Source of the DNA: Chlorokybus atmophyticus
Lineage: Eukaryota > Plantae > Mesostigma and Chlorokybus algae
Length of the DNA: 64,000 nucleotides
Reading direction: 5' to 3'
Assembly (NCBI GenBank): GCA_009103225.1
Contig: RHPI01001428.1
Span: forward strand, 370,158 to 434,157
Shown: positions 1 to 14,179 of the stretch, one piece after another
How positions within the stretch are numbered: position 1 is the stretch's first letter
Layout of the letters: each line of letters starts with the position of its first letter
Notes under the pieces: generated by a model
The model's database searches: none
What the model was told of the DNA's origin: nothing
The model's input: only the letters and a program-made list of their open reading frames with translations
Translations under genes and position numbers: made by a program

Positions 1-3000
1 AGCGGCTGACACACTTCAAGACGTGAACCCATGATTCCTGGAGATAGTTGCCGTCTTCTTCCGCCACCAGCAAGAGAGTCTATGCACGCAAGGAAAATCA
101 TGACAAGAATATCCATGCATGCACAGCGGCACAAAACATATGTGCGCAACACGCAAACCGCGCCAGGTACACATTACAGTGGGTAAAGACCTCATGCGTT
201 GAAGCAGACGACTGCCTTGATCATGCTCACCCGTATGGCTTCAATATTTTTCTGCTTGATGTCACCTATGGCGCGTAAGGATGTAAACTTGGCTAAGGAT
301 GTCATGAAGGCGTCACGAATGACCTCCATGTAGAGAACAGAGGCAATTCTAATGGAATGGCGGTACCTGAGCATGACCAATTGCACGTCAGTGAGGTGTA
401 CATGAGAGAAAGATTACACAAGCACAGCTTGCTGATAATGCGTCCACACCGATGCTGCAAAGTCCTGCTTTGGGCAAACCACTGATATAATCATCAAGCT
501 TACCCTTCCAGACACAGAGCCACTGTTTGTCCTTCTTCACTATTCTCCAGCGGTACACTAAAGGCTGCCATCATTGGTGGCCATGCTACCTCCAACATAG
601 GCCGCACATTTTCAATGTGTTTTGCAGCATAGAAAATGGAACCTGTTTTACCCTGCACATACAGGTTCTCAGTTTGGGCTGTGTGCGCTATGCACCTTGC
701 TTCCTGCAATGTCACAACCGTCACAGCTGCACGCAAGGTAGCTTTTACCTTTTCACGCATCATTTCCTGTGTGTGCTTGATAATCTCTTCGCTGGTTTCA
801 TACACTTGCACAGTTTTGCGCTTTGTCACCAAGTTCAGGATGGAGTCCAATCCACCAAGTTTGCCGCCTTGTGCACCCGCTGCTAGGCTAGGACCGTCTG
901 GTTTCATCTTGATCTCATTGGTTGTGATGCGGTCGTAAAGGCCCTCAAGGAACTCTGCTGGCAAGTCCTCCGAGTTGTTGATGCCTCTGTTGTTCTTTAT
1001 GAAGTCTGCCTTGGACATCTGGATACAATTGTGCGGGAGTGAGCATGTGCACCAAAGATGAACCAGGGAAACAAGAGGACCGCTTGAGGAGCCTCTGAGC
1101 AGGTCCCCCCGCCCTCCTCCCCTCGATTCCCTTTTGCCGCTCACGCACACAGCACCAAGAAGATTGCAAACCCAGGAGGGCAATGAGGCCACTGCCGTTC
1201 CTTGCAACATGCCATGGGAGGTGAACCTACCTTGCTCTTGACTCCCGGATTGTGCGCATCTGTGTTGAGCATGATCACAGAATAGGCCAGCACATATGCA
1301 GTGTCGGCACTTGAAAACACATCCGGGTTGTTCTTGCAAAACCGTTCCGCAAACTTCTCCATCAACCTATCAATCTTTTGCGCTTCTCCCGGGAGGCGGA
1401 AGCCATTGAGGAACGTACGTATGGCTTCATCAAACACCAATCCAGAAAACTCCATGCTATCCACATAGGCATGCATGACCTGTGCAACATTGTGTAAGCA
1501 GCATTATCCAGAAGTCCCGCTCATGCCATGCAGCTCATGAATCAGCATAAGCGGCCATTCACCTTGAGATTGGTTTCCTCTCGCTCTCCGAGGTATTCTC
1601 CAATCATCGTCTTGTTCAAGCCCAGAGTGCTCTTCAGGAAATTGGCTATGTCTGATGGACTGTTACCAATCTTGCCTGTGGACTGCAGAAATTCAATACC
1701 CTTCTTGGGCTTTCTATTGAAAAGGGCAATGCCTTCCTGCAGTGCACGAGCCAATGGTTGAGAGAAGCTCAAACCACCAACATAACAATGCGCTCAAGCA
1801 AGATCAATTGACAGGTGGCGCTGCACAACCTCAAATTCAGTCTTGTACGCTTTGCGCTGCTCGAACTTTTCAGCATCAAAAGTTTTGGCCTTTGGCGTCT
1901 CGTCACCCTCACCATTGTCCTGGTCACCAGCAGCAGCTGCCATCGAAAAACAGAATAGGGTTTACACACTGTTTAAACCACGACTGGGGGCTGTTAGGAT
2001 ACCAGCATGCAACATCAGATGCTGCATCAATGCATGCTGCATTCACCAAGTAGCTGTGGATAAGTGGCATACCAGCTGCAGGAGCAGTGTCCACTTGGTA
2101 GCGATTGACCCAAGCAGCCATTGCTCGGACAACACCGACCACACAGTGCATGCCCTCCATGCGCAGCGCTTGCTCCTGGGCGGGAGAAGGCTGGGAGTCT
2201 CCTGAGGTGGGAACACCTTGCACAGTCTTGAGAAGTCCATTCACAATCCTGCACACATTCCCATTGAAGACGACCTCTACAACAGCGATGACTGACTGGA
2301 AGTGACGCTGACAAGACGTACAAGTACCTTTCAAATATGTTTGAAGACTCCAGGTCACAATCGTAGTTGACAAAAATATCTACAAGTACTTGGGGGTCGT
2401 CACTGAGCTTGTACAAAAATCTCAACACCGTGGATTTCTGAAGGTAATTGGGGCCAGCATTGTTCTCCAGGACACGTAAGATGATCATTGGGAAAAAGAC
2501 CCCAATCTCCGCCTTGAGCTTATCACGAAATCGCATGACCAATGTCATGAAGATGGAGCAGGACAACTGGAAAACGTTCATCAAGGGTGACGAAACATTT
2601 TTGAGCAGCGACAAGCACAAATACTGGCGAATGGCAGCGATGAACTTCTCGCTGTTGCGGAAAACGCTGCCTGAGTTCTCAAGTAAGATCTTCAGCATCT
2701 CCAAAGACAACACCTTGCCACGTATGGCAAAAGGATCCAAGACACCTTCAGCGGGTGGCTGCTTCATGGACAATTTGCAGAGCGCACGGAACACAAGAAA
2801 GGCATCTCGCTTCAAGCCGCTACTTCGCACACTGGCCGTATCCACTTCATCGGACTTGGACACATCTTGCGACTCCTCGCTCTTTTCTGCTGACATGCGC
2901 TTGTACGTTTTGATCTCCCAATCCTTCACATCCAAAACATCTCTATCAACCAACTCGTTCAGCTCTGTGTCACCTGAAGCTGCAGCGGGAGGAGTGTCAA

Positions 3001-4428
3001 AGGCACCGCCGTGTCCTGGAGATTGAGGTTGCGAGGAGTAGTAAAAGGCGCTCTCGATATCTTGCATGACTTTGTTCATGAAGTTTTGCACGAACTGTAC
3101 AACAGGGCCATCGGATGCAAGACCTCCAGCTGGCTCAAATAGCTCAGACACTGATATAGATGCCAAGGCAACACTAGGTGAATCTGCTTCCATGCGTCGG
3201 AACACAATGTTGAGCATCTGAGTCAATGAAGCTTTGGCAGTGCTTTGATTGACCTCGTTCTTGCTGCCCAAGAAGATGTTGTAGCAAGTGCGGACTGCCT
3301 TCAGCAGGCCCTCGCCATGCACCTGTGTACATAGATACTTGAACTTCACAACAGTGGCTGAGGAGGGTCTCGGCTAGCACGCTTGCAGCTACGTGCAAAC
3401 TTATACAACCATAGCCAAGCCTCCCTCAAGGCAATGTACCTGGAATGAGGATGAGGTGACAATCGTCAACAACACCTTGATTACTTGCAACTCGGTGGTC
3501 TCATCAGGGATGTCATAGCACCGGCATATAACATCCAAGGCGTCTGCAAGCAGCTGATGATTTTTGCCTGGCCCTGCCTCCATCTCACCCCGAAGAAACC
3601 CATAAGCTATCAGCTTCTGAAAGCAGTAGAGTGCAGGTTCAACCAACCGCGGCTGCTGTGTCTCGCAGGCCAACTTCAGCACCTACACAGTGCAATCAAG
3701 AGTTGCGTAAGCTTGAGCCACCTGGAACAGCACCTCTTACTGTTTAACAGCAACAAGCGTTGTGTTACCTTGAACACCACCACCGCATCACGCTCTGCTT
3801 TGGCTTGCCCCACAAAGCGTTCATCATGTCTGTCATCTTTTGCATCCTTCCTGTCATCCCGCCGAGAAGAAACATCTTCTCGGTATTTGTCCTCCTTTTC
3901 AGGTACTGCAAAGTCTTCACTTTGTGTTGGCTCAACTTTGAGTTCTCTGTCTACCTCAGATGTATCGCTATCAGCCAAGCTTGCACTCGGGTCCTTCACC
4001 TGCCATATGCTGTGCTTCAATAATCGGTGTTCATGACATACCCCTGTACAAGCTGCCTTACTAGTATGAATACCTCTTCAGCTGGAGGGGGAGATGGCGG
4101 GGCTTCAGGTGTTGGTTCTGCTACAGTTGTTAATGGCTTGATGTCGGCATCATCGCCATGAGCCAAGTAATCAAGCACTGCCTTACATTCCTGACCAAGC
4201 AACAATAGGTGACTGTAAATGCAAGATGCTTGTACAGGGGACATCATTTTGCAAACAAGCGTCACTTTTAACATTGAGGTTGATTTAGATGAACCAAACC
4301 AGCGTGAGCACCTGGATGAGCTTTCCATGCTTTCTACTGCTTGCATCTTTGGCAATGCGCTCAAGTGAAGGCCCGACTAGTTTGAGTAAGTCCGGGACCG
4401 CGCCCGGTGGGCTCGAACCAGTCGACAT
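1..4428 (-). CDS. BIG: BIG/GBF-family ARF guanine-nucleotide exchange factor (DCB, HUS, Sec7, start of HDS); multi-exon, 3' end beyond window start
   Basis: ATG at 4428 gives [39 protein letters not shown]|ECKAVL, like the plant BIG N-terminus. Later exons: [53 protein letters not shown], Sec7 motif [21 protein letters not shown]...[18 protein letters not shown], and [19 protein letters not shown] at the window edge. GT-AG introns seen, e.g. exons 4312-4428 and 4074-4190. Confidence 0.93.
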
Positions 4429-5169
4429 CTTTGCGTGCACCACCACAGCTAGGACATGTAGCTTGTCGCGATGCTCACCAAACCATGACTTCGACACGCA
4501 TGGCAAGCCTTTGCTCCTTCATCATGCCCTCACCATCCACCAAATATGCGCTGCCAGTTTTCAGCATCCATGATTGCTAGGTAACGCAACAAGCGCAATG
4601 TAGCGTGTCCTTGCCCCAGTAACTCCGCTACCTGCCACACAGCCGTTTTGTATAAAGCTGTGCTATGCTGAATACGAGTGAGGGTGCAGAACATACATCA
4701 CGCCAGAGCAGATCACGTAGTGGCACCTATGTCTGTGGAATGCAACTAGAAGTAATGCATGATCAACATCTGGTTGACATGTCAAGCAGATGATGGACGA
4801 GCCATGGGACAATAACGTCATGTTGGAATAAGCATTGTTGACCTTAATCTAACAAACGTTACTGCAATGGCGTCTGTCGCTCCATGCACCCGTTGTCTGC
4901 AGTTGGCTCTAGTCAGCAACCGCATGCATGTACTGTGGTGCGTACTCCCAGCATTGCCAGATATTGACGAGCCATGCCCAGGTAGAACTGTGTGTTGCAC
5001 TGTCAACCCTACCTTTGCTTGACACCTCAAAGTAGCTTAGTGATAACGAGCAGACAACAAGTATGCAAGTGACGTGTCGCTGTTTTGCTGCTGCGCGTGG
5101 GCGTGTTGTAATGAATGCCAAACCTTGCTGCGCATCACAAACGTAATCAGGGAAGCTCACATGCAGCAC

Positions 5170-5707
5170 CTGTGCTGGGTCTTTGACAGACTTAAACACC
5201 AGGAACGCCTCCTTCACGTTGTATTGCAGCTTGCGACTCACCTGCGCATATTCGAAAGGAGACACGCACTGTGACCGCCAACACATCACTACAATGCAGC
5301 ATGCATGACTGTTCGTCACATCCATGTTGAAAGCGGTCGCCAACAACCGCGTACAGAGTGACTACTGCTGCAGAAACCTGCCTTGACATCATATGCACAC
5401 TCGTTGTCAACATCAGAACTACACACCAGACCCATCAACTGCGCACGCTCAACGAGGAGATCGCGCGCTTGCCTTGATGCAAAATGTGCACATAAACAAG
5501 AACTGAACTTAAAACAATTTCCGAGGGTACGCATGAAGACATACATCATCGGCCACAGCATTCCAGCAGCAGATTGCGGGCCGCATTGCAATACTGTTAA
5601 GCAGGCCACTAGCGCCCTACCTTGGGTTCAGGAAACCGGCGCGCTTCCCGCAGCAAACAACGGTACAGCTGGATCGCCTCCGCCGCCGCCTCCGCCTGCC
5701 GCCTCAT
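5170..5707 (-). CDS. LYR-motif (Complex1_LYR-like) small protein; further 3' exon(s) toward ~4.9 kb not resolved
   Basis: Exons 5621-5707 and 5170-5241 splice in phase 0 to MRRQAEAAAEAIQLYRCLLREARRFPEPK|VSRKLQYNVKEAFLVFKSVKDPAQ, showing the LYR tripeptide and downstream conserved F. Confidence 0.62.
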
Positions 5708-5803
5708 ACACTCCACCTCCCAGCTGTATACAGGGAGGGGCGCCAACCACCTTGCTCGCTGCCTGCTCTCAGCTCTGCCTGGCGGAGTGCACGAAAGTCT
5801 AGC

Positions 5804-5937
5804 AAACCCTAATTCAGGCGTCACAGTTGCAGCTACAACGCTAGCATGAACGCTGGCTTCGGGGCTTGCGCGGAGCGCTCGTGTTAACATTCGCAATTCG
5901 CAATTGGAGTGCTCTCTGCTCCCCACGTAAACCCTAA
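5804..5937 (+). promoter_or_regulatory. Two telo-boxes (AAACCCTAA at 5804 and 5929) in the LYR/6089-gene divergent promoter
   Basis: Exact motif matches between the two divergent ATGs. Confidence 0.5.
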
Positions 5938-6088
5938 TTCTGGTCGGCACAGCCGGAAGCAGCAACGGCGGCGGCGGTGGCGGCGGCAAGGAGCTGGGGA
6001 GGGCGTAGGAGCTTCCATCAGTGTCAGAGTACTTTATACTACTGTAGTTGATTAGGCAATTCGACGGGCTTGTGTCCATGCTAGGAGG

Positions 6089-9000
6089 ATGGATGGCCAG
6101 CAGCAGCATGATGATCACCAAGACCATCAGCAGGAGCAACAGGTGCAGGTACAGCTTGGGACACACCTGTGTGAAATCCGTGCTATCAGCACAGTATTTG
6201 TCTTCTTGCGTCGAAGCATAAATTCACGGTCTTACTCATCGGCTCCCACTCCATTAGACAAATTGGCTTGCGCAGTTACATAAGCAAGCGTGTTGTATAC
6301 GCCACGCTCTTGCAGAGTGCCCACACACTTCAAGACATTCACAGTCATCAAAGATGACGTCTGGGTGGAGCACTAGCACCAAAGAGAAACATTGCTTTTC
6401 ATGGACTGTGCTTTGTAGCAATCATGTGCAAATTGGTTCTCAACACAGAAGGTTGTTTCTCAGCACAGCAGAGTGCTTGAAGCATTTCTGAAATCATACT
6501 GACGACCGCATGTGGCGCGTTTCATTGATGCATTCCATGCAGACCAATGTTGTGTTTCGTGTGCGCACTGTGCTCGTAATATTGAGTTCAGCGCACTCAA
6601 GACTTACTGCTTGTCTTTGCTTGCTGCACTTCACTGGCATGCTGCATGTCACGTGATATGGGTACTGACATGGAGTTCCAAGCAGCGTGCCAGAAATGGG
6701 GACCACCCTCTAGAGGGTGAACAGCGCAATGCAAGCCAGGACGTAAATCGTGAAGACTCGCCAGAGGCTTTGCAAGCTGGGCCGTCTAGGACAGTGCATA
6801 CTCCAGCACCAGGGACATCTAGATGGATCTGCGGGAGATGCAGGTGTCCACTTGGCAGTGATTGTCAGCTTGTGCTCTTGCTTCAAAGCAACTGCTGACC
6901 TCATCCGTCGCAGGTCAATGGGCCGGCCAGAAGCAGGGTACACGGCATGCGCTGGATGCAAGCAGAATCACTTCAAGTACCGCAAGAAGCAGACTAGCAT
7001 ACAGCATTTTGGAGAAGACGGCAACGCCTGCGTGTATCCACCTTGTTTTCAGGTGCGTTGCACAGCTGCTTATGCATCCCAGTGCGCCATGGTCCAAGCA
7101 TAGTGCTGTCACAGGAGCTGACCATCCCCTATGCTGAAGTTCTTCCCCTGTTGGGCACCTTGCAAGACATGGAGGGGTTTCAGCTGGTCACCCATAAGGG
7201 GCCGTCCCATAAAGGCGGTGCCAAGTCGTCAGAGAGATACCAATGCAACATGCACTCCAAGGTACGTCATGCAGCTGGCACAACTGGTATTATATTCGTC
7301 AATACCTGTTGACAAGCTCTGTTGTAGCACAGGGATGCAGGGTTGTCTTTCTCATTGATAAGCTGGACAAATTTCCAGATGCCACACAACCTTTGTCACG
7401 CGTCCGCTTTCGCACAAATCACAATCATATGTTGGAGCCCCGAGTCCAGAAACTGCACCCAGAACAGGTTGCATTCCTTCGGCATTGTGCCAAGGCAGGG
7501 AAACCGCTGCTGCAAGCGCAGACAGAAGCGCGCCAGCATGCAGACGAGTTGGGCTACAAGAATGCTGACAATACTTTGTGGTGTCCCAATGCTAGTCAGG
7601 TAGGCTATCATATGAAGTGCAATCCTGGCCACATGCTTGGGTCCTGGTACTATTCTCATCGAGCAGGTTAACATGAGTTGCGTGCTGCAGGTGCGTTGGG
7701 TCTACCAAAACTACAATGCCTCCGTTCAGATGCAGGCAGAGTCAAATGCAACAGAGCTTGCAGAACCTGCAGAGCAATGCCAAGCAGGAGCGGGCAGTCA
7801 GGGAGCCCCGGAGCAACCGCCCACAAAGTACGCTTTCCCCCCCCCCCCCCCCCCCCCCCCCCCNNNNNNNNNNNNNNNNNNNNNNNNNNNNNNNNNNNCC
7901 CCCCCCCCCCCCCCCCCCTGGTCCCACCCACACCACACACGCGCGCGCGTGCCCATACACAACAAACAGCATTCGGTGCCACATGCAAGAAAACCAATGT
8001 GCAGAGTGAGAGGACGGCCGTCAATGTGGCGCAGAGGCAAACTCGCCCAGAAAAAAGAATCATTGGAGGAATCCGTCAGAAACTTCTTTGCTGAGGCAGC
8101 AGGTGATGAGTCAATAGCGTTGCAACCAAACATGGAGCCGGACGACACAACTGACTTCCGACAGGTTTGTAACAATTCATACATCACAAATAGTAGCGCA
8201 TAGTTTGGTGACACCTGCGTCGTGTGCTTGCAGGTTTCAATAAGTGTCCGACAAAAAGTCCGGTTCATATGCGCCCTGGTTGTGAAGCTAACCAGCGGAA
8301 ATAGAGGGACAAAGAAGACACGGTTGGCGCATGCTGTCAATGAAGTGCTGCGTGATGCAGCTTTGCATTTGCAGCAACTAGAGGGCTGCAGCTGGGGCCA
8401 GGTCAGCTGAAGTGTTGTTGCAACTTGTAGGAATGCTCGCATGCAGCGGGGACCATCACCCAAGCTGCAATTTTCAACTCCGCCAATACATTGCCTGACT
8501 TGGTCCGCAGATAATGGCAGGTTCTGGAGTTGCTACTCCGGATGTCAGTAGCAAGCGTGGAAGGAAACGAGTACGCATGGAGACACATAGCCAACCAGAA
8601 CACCATGCGCAGGGTCAGGAGCGTGTTGAGGAACGCGCCTCAGTTGCCATGCAGGTCAGTTGAATAGCCTGCAGTGTACTTTTTCTTGTGGTCCCAGAAG
8701 CACCTGACTGCTGCTCGGCGAGGGTATCGTAGCATTAGTCACAATGCTGGTTTGTGCTCCTTTACACATGGCTCTCGCCATTGCTTATACTGCTTCTTTT
8801 TCTTTCTGGCAGCATGCGCCACACATGGCGGGCATGCAGCCAACGATGCCTCATCAGGTTAGGCTATGCACAAACGTAATGTCCGTGGTGTTATATATGT
8901 GGTGGGTGGTTTGACAGTTGATTCACAGGAGCAAAGGGGAGTTTTTGGATATGGCATGCATGATATGCACATGGCCAGCGACATCAATGTCCATGAGGTT

Positions 9001-9532
9001 GTTCAAACGCTGCACGCACTTGGCTACCATGTTCGGGATGCACGCATGGCTGGCGGCCATCTGGGGCACATGAAGGAAGTTGTCGCTGACCAAGTGAGCC
9101 AATATCGCTGTATCGAGTGTGCATTTGGTCCACCGCACCCTGGTGCTGTTTGGTTGCCAGGGTGCCGCTGGTTGCTGTGATTGTCAACTTGCGCATGACA
9201 ACGGCATGCTGGTTACCATGGTGCAATTAGTGATAGAAGAAGCTGCATGGTCTGAGAGTGGCTCTTTGCAGGTGATGAGGGCGATGCAGTTGAACGGGTA
9301 TGAACTGCAAGAAGCTGTAGCTACTTGCGCAGTGTCCACAAGCACAGCAGTTGCAGCAAGGGATGTTGCTCTTGTGCTTCGCAGGAACACCATGCATCAG
9401 GTGACTGTTGAATGGGCATTCTGTTCATGGGCACTCAATGCAGCAGACCTCCTGACTGCATGTCGCGCAGGATGCAATGCTGATGCCGCAACAGCCTTTG
9501 CTGCATCTGCGTCATTGATCAATACGAGTTGA
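6089..9532 (+). CDS. Multi-exon hypothetical protein with a possible MULE/FAR1-type (WRKY-GCM1) HNH Zn-binding segment; boundaries uncertain
   Basis: Chain of GT-AG-bounded ORF pieces, including SERYQCNMHSK| and VRFRTNHNHMLEPRVQKLHPEQVAFLRHCAKAGKP...WCPNASQ|VRWVY, resembling the Mutator transposase N-terminal region. No DDE domain recognised. Confidence 0.35.
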
Positions 9533-9899
9533 GGTGAAGCCGTTTGTTACAAGCGTAGACGAGTCGTGCGCTCAAACGGCCTACGTGCACATCAGGCTGT
9601 ATCTGAAGCTTACCAAAATGGTGTCAACGTGGATCTAATGTAGGGATATAAACGTGTTGACTGTTGTACATAAAACTTGTTGGCCCAATCACACATCCTC
9701 TGTGTTCTGTTGTACACGTACACTATGTGTGGTTGTTTGGTCAGCCATCACTCAGTCTTCCGAAAACGTCCAGCCTGACTCTGCAGTCTCCTGTCTCACA
9801 GCCATTGGGTGATATATAACATCACTATGCCATTGCAAGGCAAGTGCTGCATGTCCTGGTGCAAGTCAGCACGTGTGCGGTACATGTATCAACAATGTG

Positions 9900-12670
9900 T
9901 GAGACCAACGCACATGTTTGGTAGTGACTGGATGGATCATGTGACAACTTACATGTGCTTCAAGAGAATCGTTTGCACTTGAGCAGCACCAAGTGAAGAT
10001 GTTGCTAGGAATCCAAGCAGTCAGGAGTGTCACAACCTGTGGCAACATTGTAAGCGCGCCGACAGGTAGTTGCGTCACAGTGCACGCCACGTACAGCTGA
10101 GAGACTACCTGCATCAAGGCATGGACATATGTGTACAACACCACGAGAGGCAGTCCCAAGAACCGCAGCTTCTTGACCTGCGGGTGTCATGGTGCAAGTC
10201 ACGACGCATTGTTGCTGTCATGCCTAAATGCACGGTCCCCTCTTCTGCAGATACTGTGTGCATTTGTTTGCGCACCATAAGAAACCGGTAGTTCCCGATT
10301 GCGATGAGCACAAGCATAGTCACCCCTCCGATGGCACACAACTGTCAAACGAGTACTGGTTGAGCGTGTTGGCTTGCCTCCTCTTGCACCAGGCATAGCA
10401 GCTTGCATCATCAGAGCCAACCCACCAGCCCAAATGGAATATCCGTAAGCAAAGCAAGGTACGCCACTGCCCCAGAAACAGCCAACAGCGTAGTAAATGG
10501 GGAAATCAACTGCACCAAAGGTAAGGCTGAGCAGTAGATGCATCGCATGAGCACTGACACCTTCGCGGATTACCTTGTCAAACAGCATGATGGTTGTTAG
10601 CGGGTGCCTTCTCCAGAGCTTCTTGGTGCCAAAGAGGGCAGCACATGTAAAGCGAGCCTCATCCCGATATCTTAGCCACACCTGTGCACACACAAGAACA
10701 CGCGACACGCTGACGTGGTCACCCCAGGGTTGCAGGCAGACGCCACACAGCAAGCTACTACCCGTTGAGACAACATGCGAAGCTTTGAACCTTGCCAAAA
10801 ACTGCGACAGTCATCGGCTCCATGCTCTGCATCTGGCAGTCGGGCTGTATCTGCAGCCTTGCCTTGTAGCCGTGCGCCGCCACCCACCTGTCGCAGGTTG
10901 TACTCCATGTGATGCATTCAAGCTGACTCTAGGTTACCTTTAGAGTACAAGGTCTAGAGTTAGCAAACCTTTGAATGAAGCCTCCTTCCCTGGTCTTTCC
11001 TTTTGCAGTGAAGGCACTGCAGGTCACAAACAGTCAGTCAACCATTGGGGGTGATCATTGGCATTGACACTGAAGATGTGAATAGCACAAGGTCCTTACT
11101 TCAAGCAGCACATGCTTGAGCCCGTGCTGGGTTTGCGGCTTGTTGTGGTAGTCTGGTGAGCCTACTACTGAGCTTACTTGCTGTGACTGGCTGATTGAGT
11201 ATCTCATTGTCTGCAGGTATGCTTAATTACTTGCCTTTCAAAGTCGCTAGCCGTCAGAAGCGAATGGCGATACGCCATTGCTCCATTGATCGGGAGGACA
11301 AGGCTGCCATCAAGCACCCAGCAGGTTGTGCTGTCAACTTCAAGCGCCTGGGGATGGCTTGCAGGTTAGCTCAGTACCTGCTTTGCCAATCACACTGTGG
11401 CCAACATGCACTCCTTCGCTGCATTTCCGTCATGCTCTTGTGTGCACCTGTGCTTGCAACTCCTCGAACCATGTGAACAGAAACATCCCCTGTTGACTGC
11501 CGGGAGCTGTCTGCTGCAGCGCGCCGACGAGGTCCACATCACCCTCAGGTGAAGCAAAAGGGCCCAGTAGCCAAGCCAGCGAGCGAGGCGCAGGGCTGGT
11601 GAAGTTAGAATCGCAGCAGGCAAGCACCACGTAGGGTGTCTGTTGAATATTGCGAAGAACAAGTGTTGGAGCAGTACAGCGTTAGGCAGGCACTTCAACA
11701 GATGTTGTTAAGCTGAAAATGCAGTTGCTTACGCTTGCAACTTTGGCAGCCCTCAGAAGCGCCTTTCGATCGCACTTGTCCTGGTCGCTACGCTGCAGCA
11801 CACGCACTCGTGCATCCTTCAGCGCGGCGCAGCGCCACAGCACCGAGTTGTAAAACGCCCATGGCGACCTGAGCAGTTGTAAGTAGCTGCATATGTTGTT
11901 CACGTCACAGAAAGTTTCCTTTTTGCTGTACTCACAGGACAAGGATCTCCCCTGGATCGTTTTCGAGCCACCCTTCAATGCAGGTAATGAGCGAGTCGGA
12001 CAGCGTCTTAGCAAGAATCACCACTGTTGCGCTCTGGGTCTTTATCTGCAGATGAGTGGTCAATGCCATTTGGTTCGCTGCATCGTTAGCAATATGGTGT
12101 AAACCTCTGGATTGGAAAAGAGTCCCAGTTACGAACCTCGGAAATCCTCTTCGCTTCTATCCTGGCAACCTGCGCAGCACAGAGCCCGTCACGGTTTGGA
12201 TGAAAAGGATGGGTCTGCAAAGGTCACGGTCACAGTGATAACATTACCTTAGCAGGGTCTTTGTGCACATGGCCGTCTGGTGCGATAGGGTAATATGCAT
12301 ATGATGGCAAGTTCTGCAGGTTGCACAAGCCCATTGCAGTAGCACAAGAAGTGGGTTCAGTGCCAGTTATGCATTGTCAAGCCCTGCAGTGTTGACTGCG
12401 CTTATCATCAGCATGCCAAGTTGCACACTTGTTAATGCAACTTGTACAAACTGGATAGTACTATTCCATGCCAGAGGAGTCGAACTGCCAGCATTGCGCA
12501 TGCAGTCACACGTACAGAGCCACAGCCTGACACTCAAAGACCCGCCTTGCTTACCTTCAGCAAGAATGCAGCAATGCGCCAAGCCAGTGCAGCCGGCATC
12601 CACCACCAGGCAACAGGCAACCCCATTCTGGAGGCACCACCAGGCTGTAGTCCACCAGCCTGACCCACCC
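9900..12670 (-). CDS. Membrane glycosyltransferase family 2, Cps1/hyaluronan-synthase-like, with degenerate catalytic motifs; ends approximate
   Basis: Spliced exons: ATVVILAKTLSDSLITCIEGWLENDPGEILVL; DRKALLRAAKVAS|TPYVVLACCDSNF...LAWLLGPFASPEGDVDLVGALQQ; VLPINGAMAYRHSLL; TTCDRWVAAHGYKARLQIQPDC; VWLRY...LFGTKKLWRRHPLTTIMLFDK; then hydrophobic TM-like segments. Order and spacing parallel fungal Cps1-type GT2 (recognised by eye). Confidence 0.58.
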
Positions 12671-14179
12671 ACACTTGTATAGGCTTTCCAGTAGGGCTGA
12701 TTTTATATGTTTGCGGTTTTCTGGCCCAGTCTAGCAGCCCGGCCTGCTCTTCGATGTACTGAGATTGAGTCCGCGTGTGGGTTTGATCTCCCGAGGGCGT
12801 TTTTCATACAGGGCCGTGTAGTTGCTGTCAATGCCTGAGCAAACTGTGGACTTGCGCTGGTTCTAGCTGCGCAGCCTCGGAGCTGTACAGTAACAGACTT
12901 CAAGGCGACTGCTGGCTAGTGATGTGACATAAAGCCGTGCATCCATGCAGTTGCATCAGTCAGGCCTTGATCGCCGGCTGATGATTGCAGAGCAGCGCAC
13001 AGCTCAGCTGCCTGTGTTGCCACATGCCAGCATCAGCAGCACGCTGGCTTTTCTTTACCTGTACTGCACCTGTTGCAGGTGACCTGTACCAGCAAGGGGC
13101 CTAAGGGCGCTCATTGGCGTCAAGCCCATATCTAGACCTGCCAAAAGACTTTATTCTTGGTCTCCGGCCAATGTTATGCCTCAGAGGGCTGCTGCAGGCT
13201 TGAGACTCATGTAATGCGAGCTGGATTTGTGCGTTTCAAAATTCAGACAAGACAAGATCAACATTCTCAGATTGAGCTATATAAGGGGGCCGCCACCCAA
13301 GGGTCACTGACTCCCGTAGATGCAACCAGACTCACAGTGAGGTGCATTATACTCACCACCGGCATATGGCTTGTCATCTACTCTATGCACAATGACGATG
13401 GTCTCACATCCGAGGTCTCGACATCGCCGCATGCAGCACCATAGTAGCGTTACAGCGTAGCATGCCAAGCAAAATGTGTAGCTCTGCATGTACCAGCAGC
13501 CTCAACATGTATCATGAGGCAAAACTCGCCACAGAATTGCTCTTTGTTGCACTGCATACTGACCAGACCCAACATGGCCGATTCCCAGCTACTTTCTCGT
13601 GATAGGCGTGTGTGCTAGGCATTGTAGCTGCACTGACAGCTCAACGCTGGCATGTCAATGTCATAGAGGGTTGCCTTTCTGTCGTGTTATGCCTTCAAGT
13701 TGCTGTGACTGTGGTTACATGATGATGCTATAAGAGCTGCACTCGCAGGAAGACTAGTGCATGATGTATGCACGAATAGATACGCACATACCTGCGCTGT
13801 ACAATCCGCACTGATGTCAATGCACAAACAACATAATGGGCCTCTGGGATGCTGCATACAGTGTGCATGCGGTAGTTCGGACAGCAACCTATGAGTGTCT
13901 CTGGAAAGAATACGATCAACAAGTACTACAAACTGTGCATGACGCTAAGCCATCCCATGCCAACTCCTGCACATCAGGCACCTTGCGCTCGCTGGTCAGT
14001 CTTTGCTTGCTGCATCCATTCATGTCATCTGATCATTTGGGATGATGAACGCTGCACCCTCCAGGAAGGCCCTCCTCCTTCAATAGGCGTGCATCAGTGC
14101 TGTAGTGCTGGTGCAGCGTGCTGTAGTTCCCGAAATGATAACTAGGGTACATCTATATATGCAACTGGCAGCCACATCA

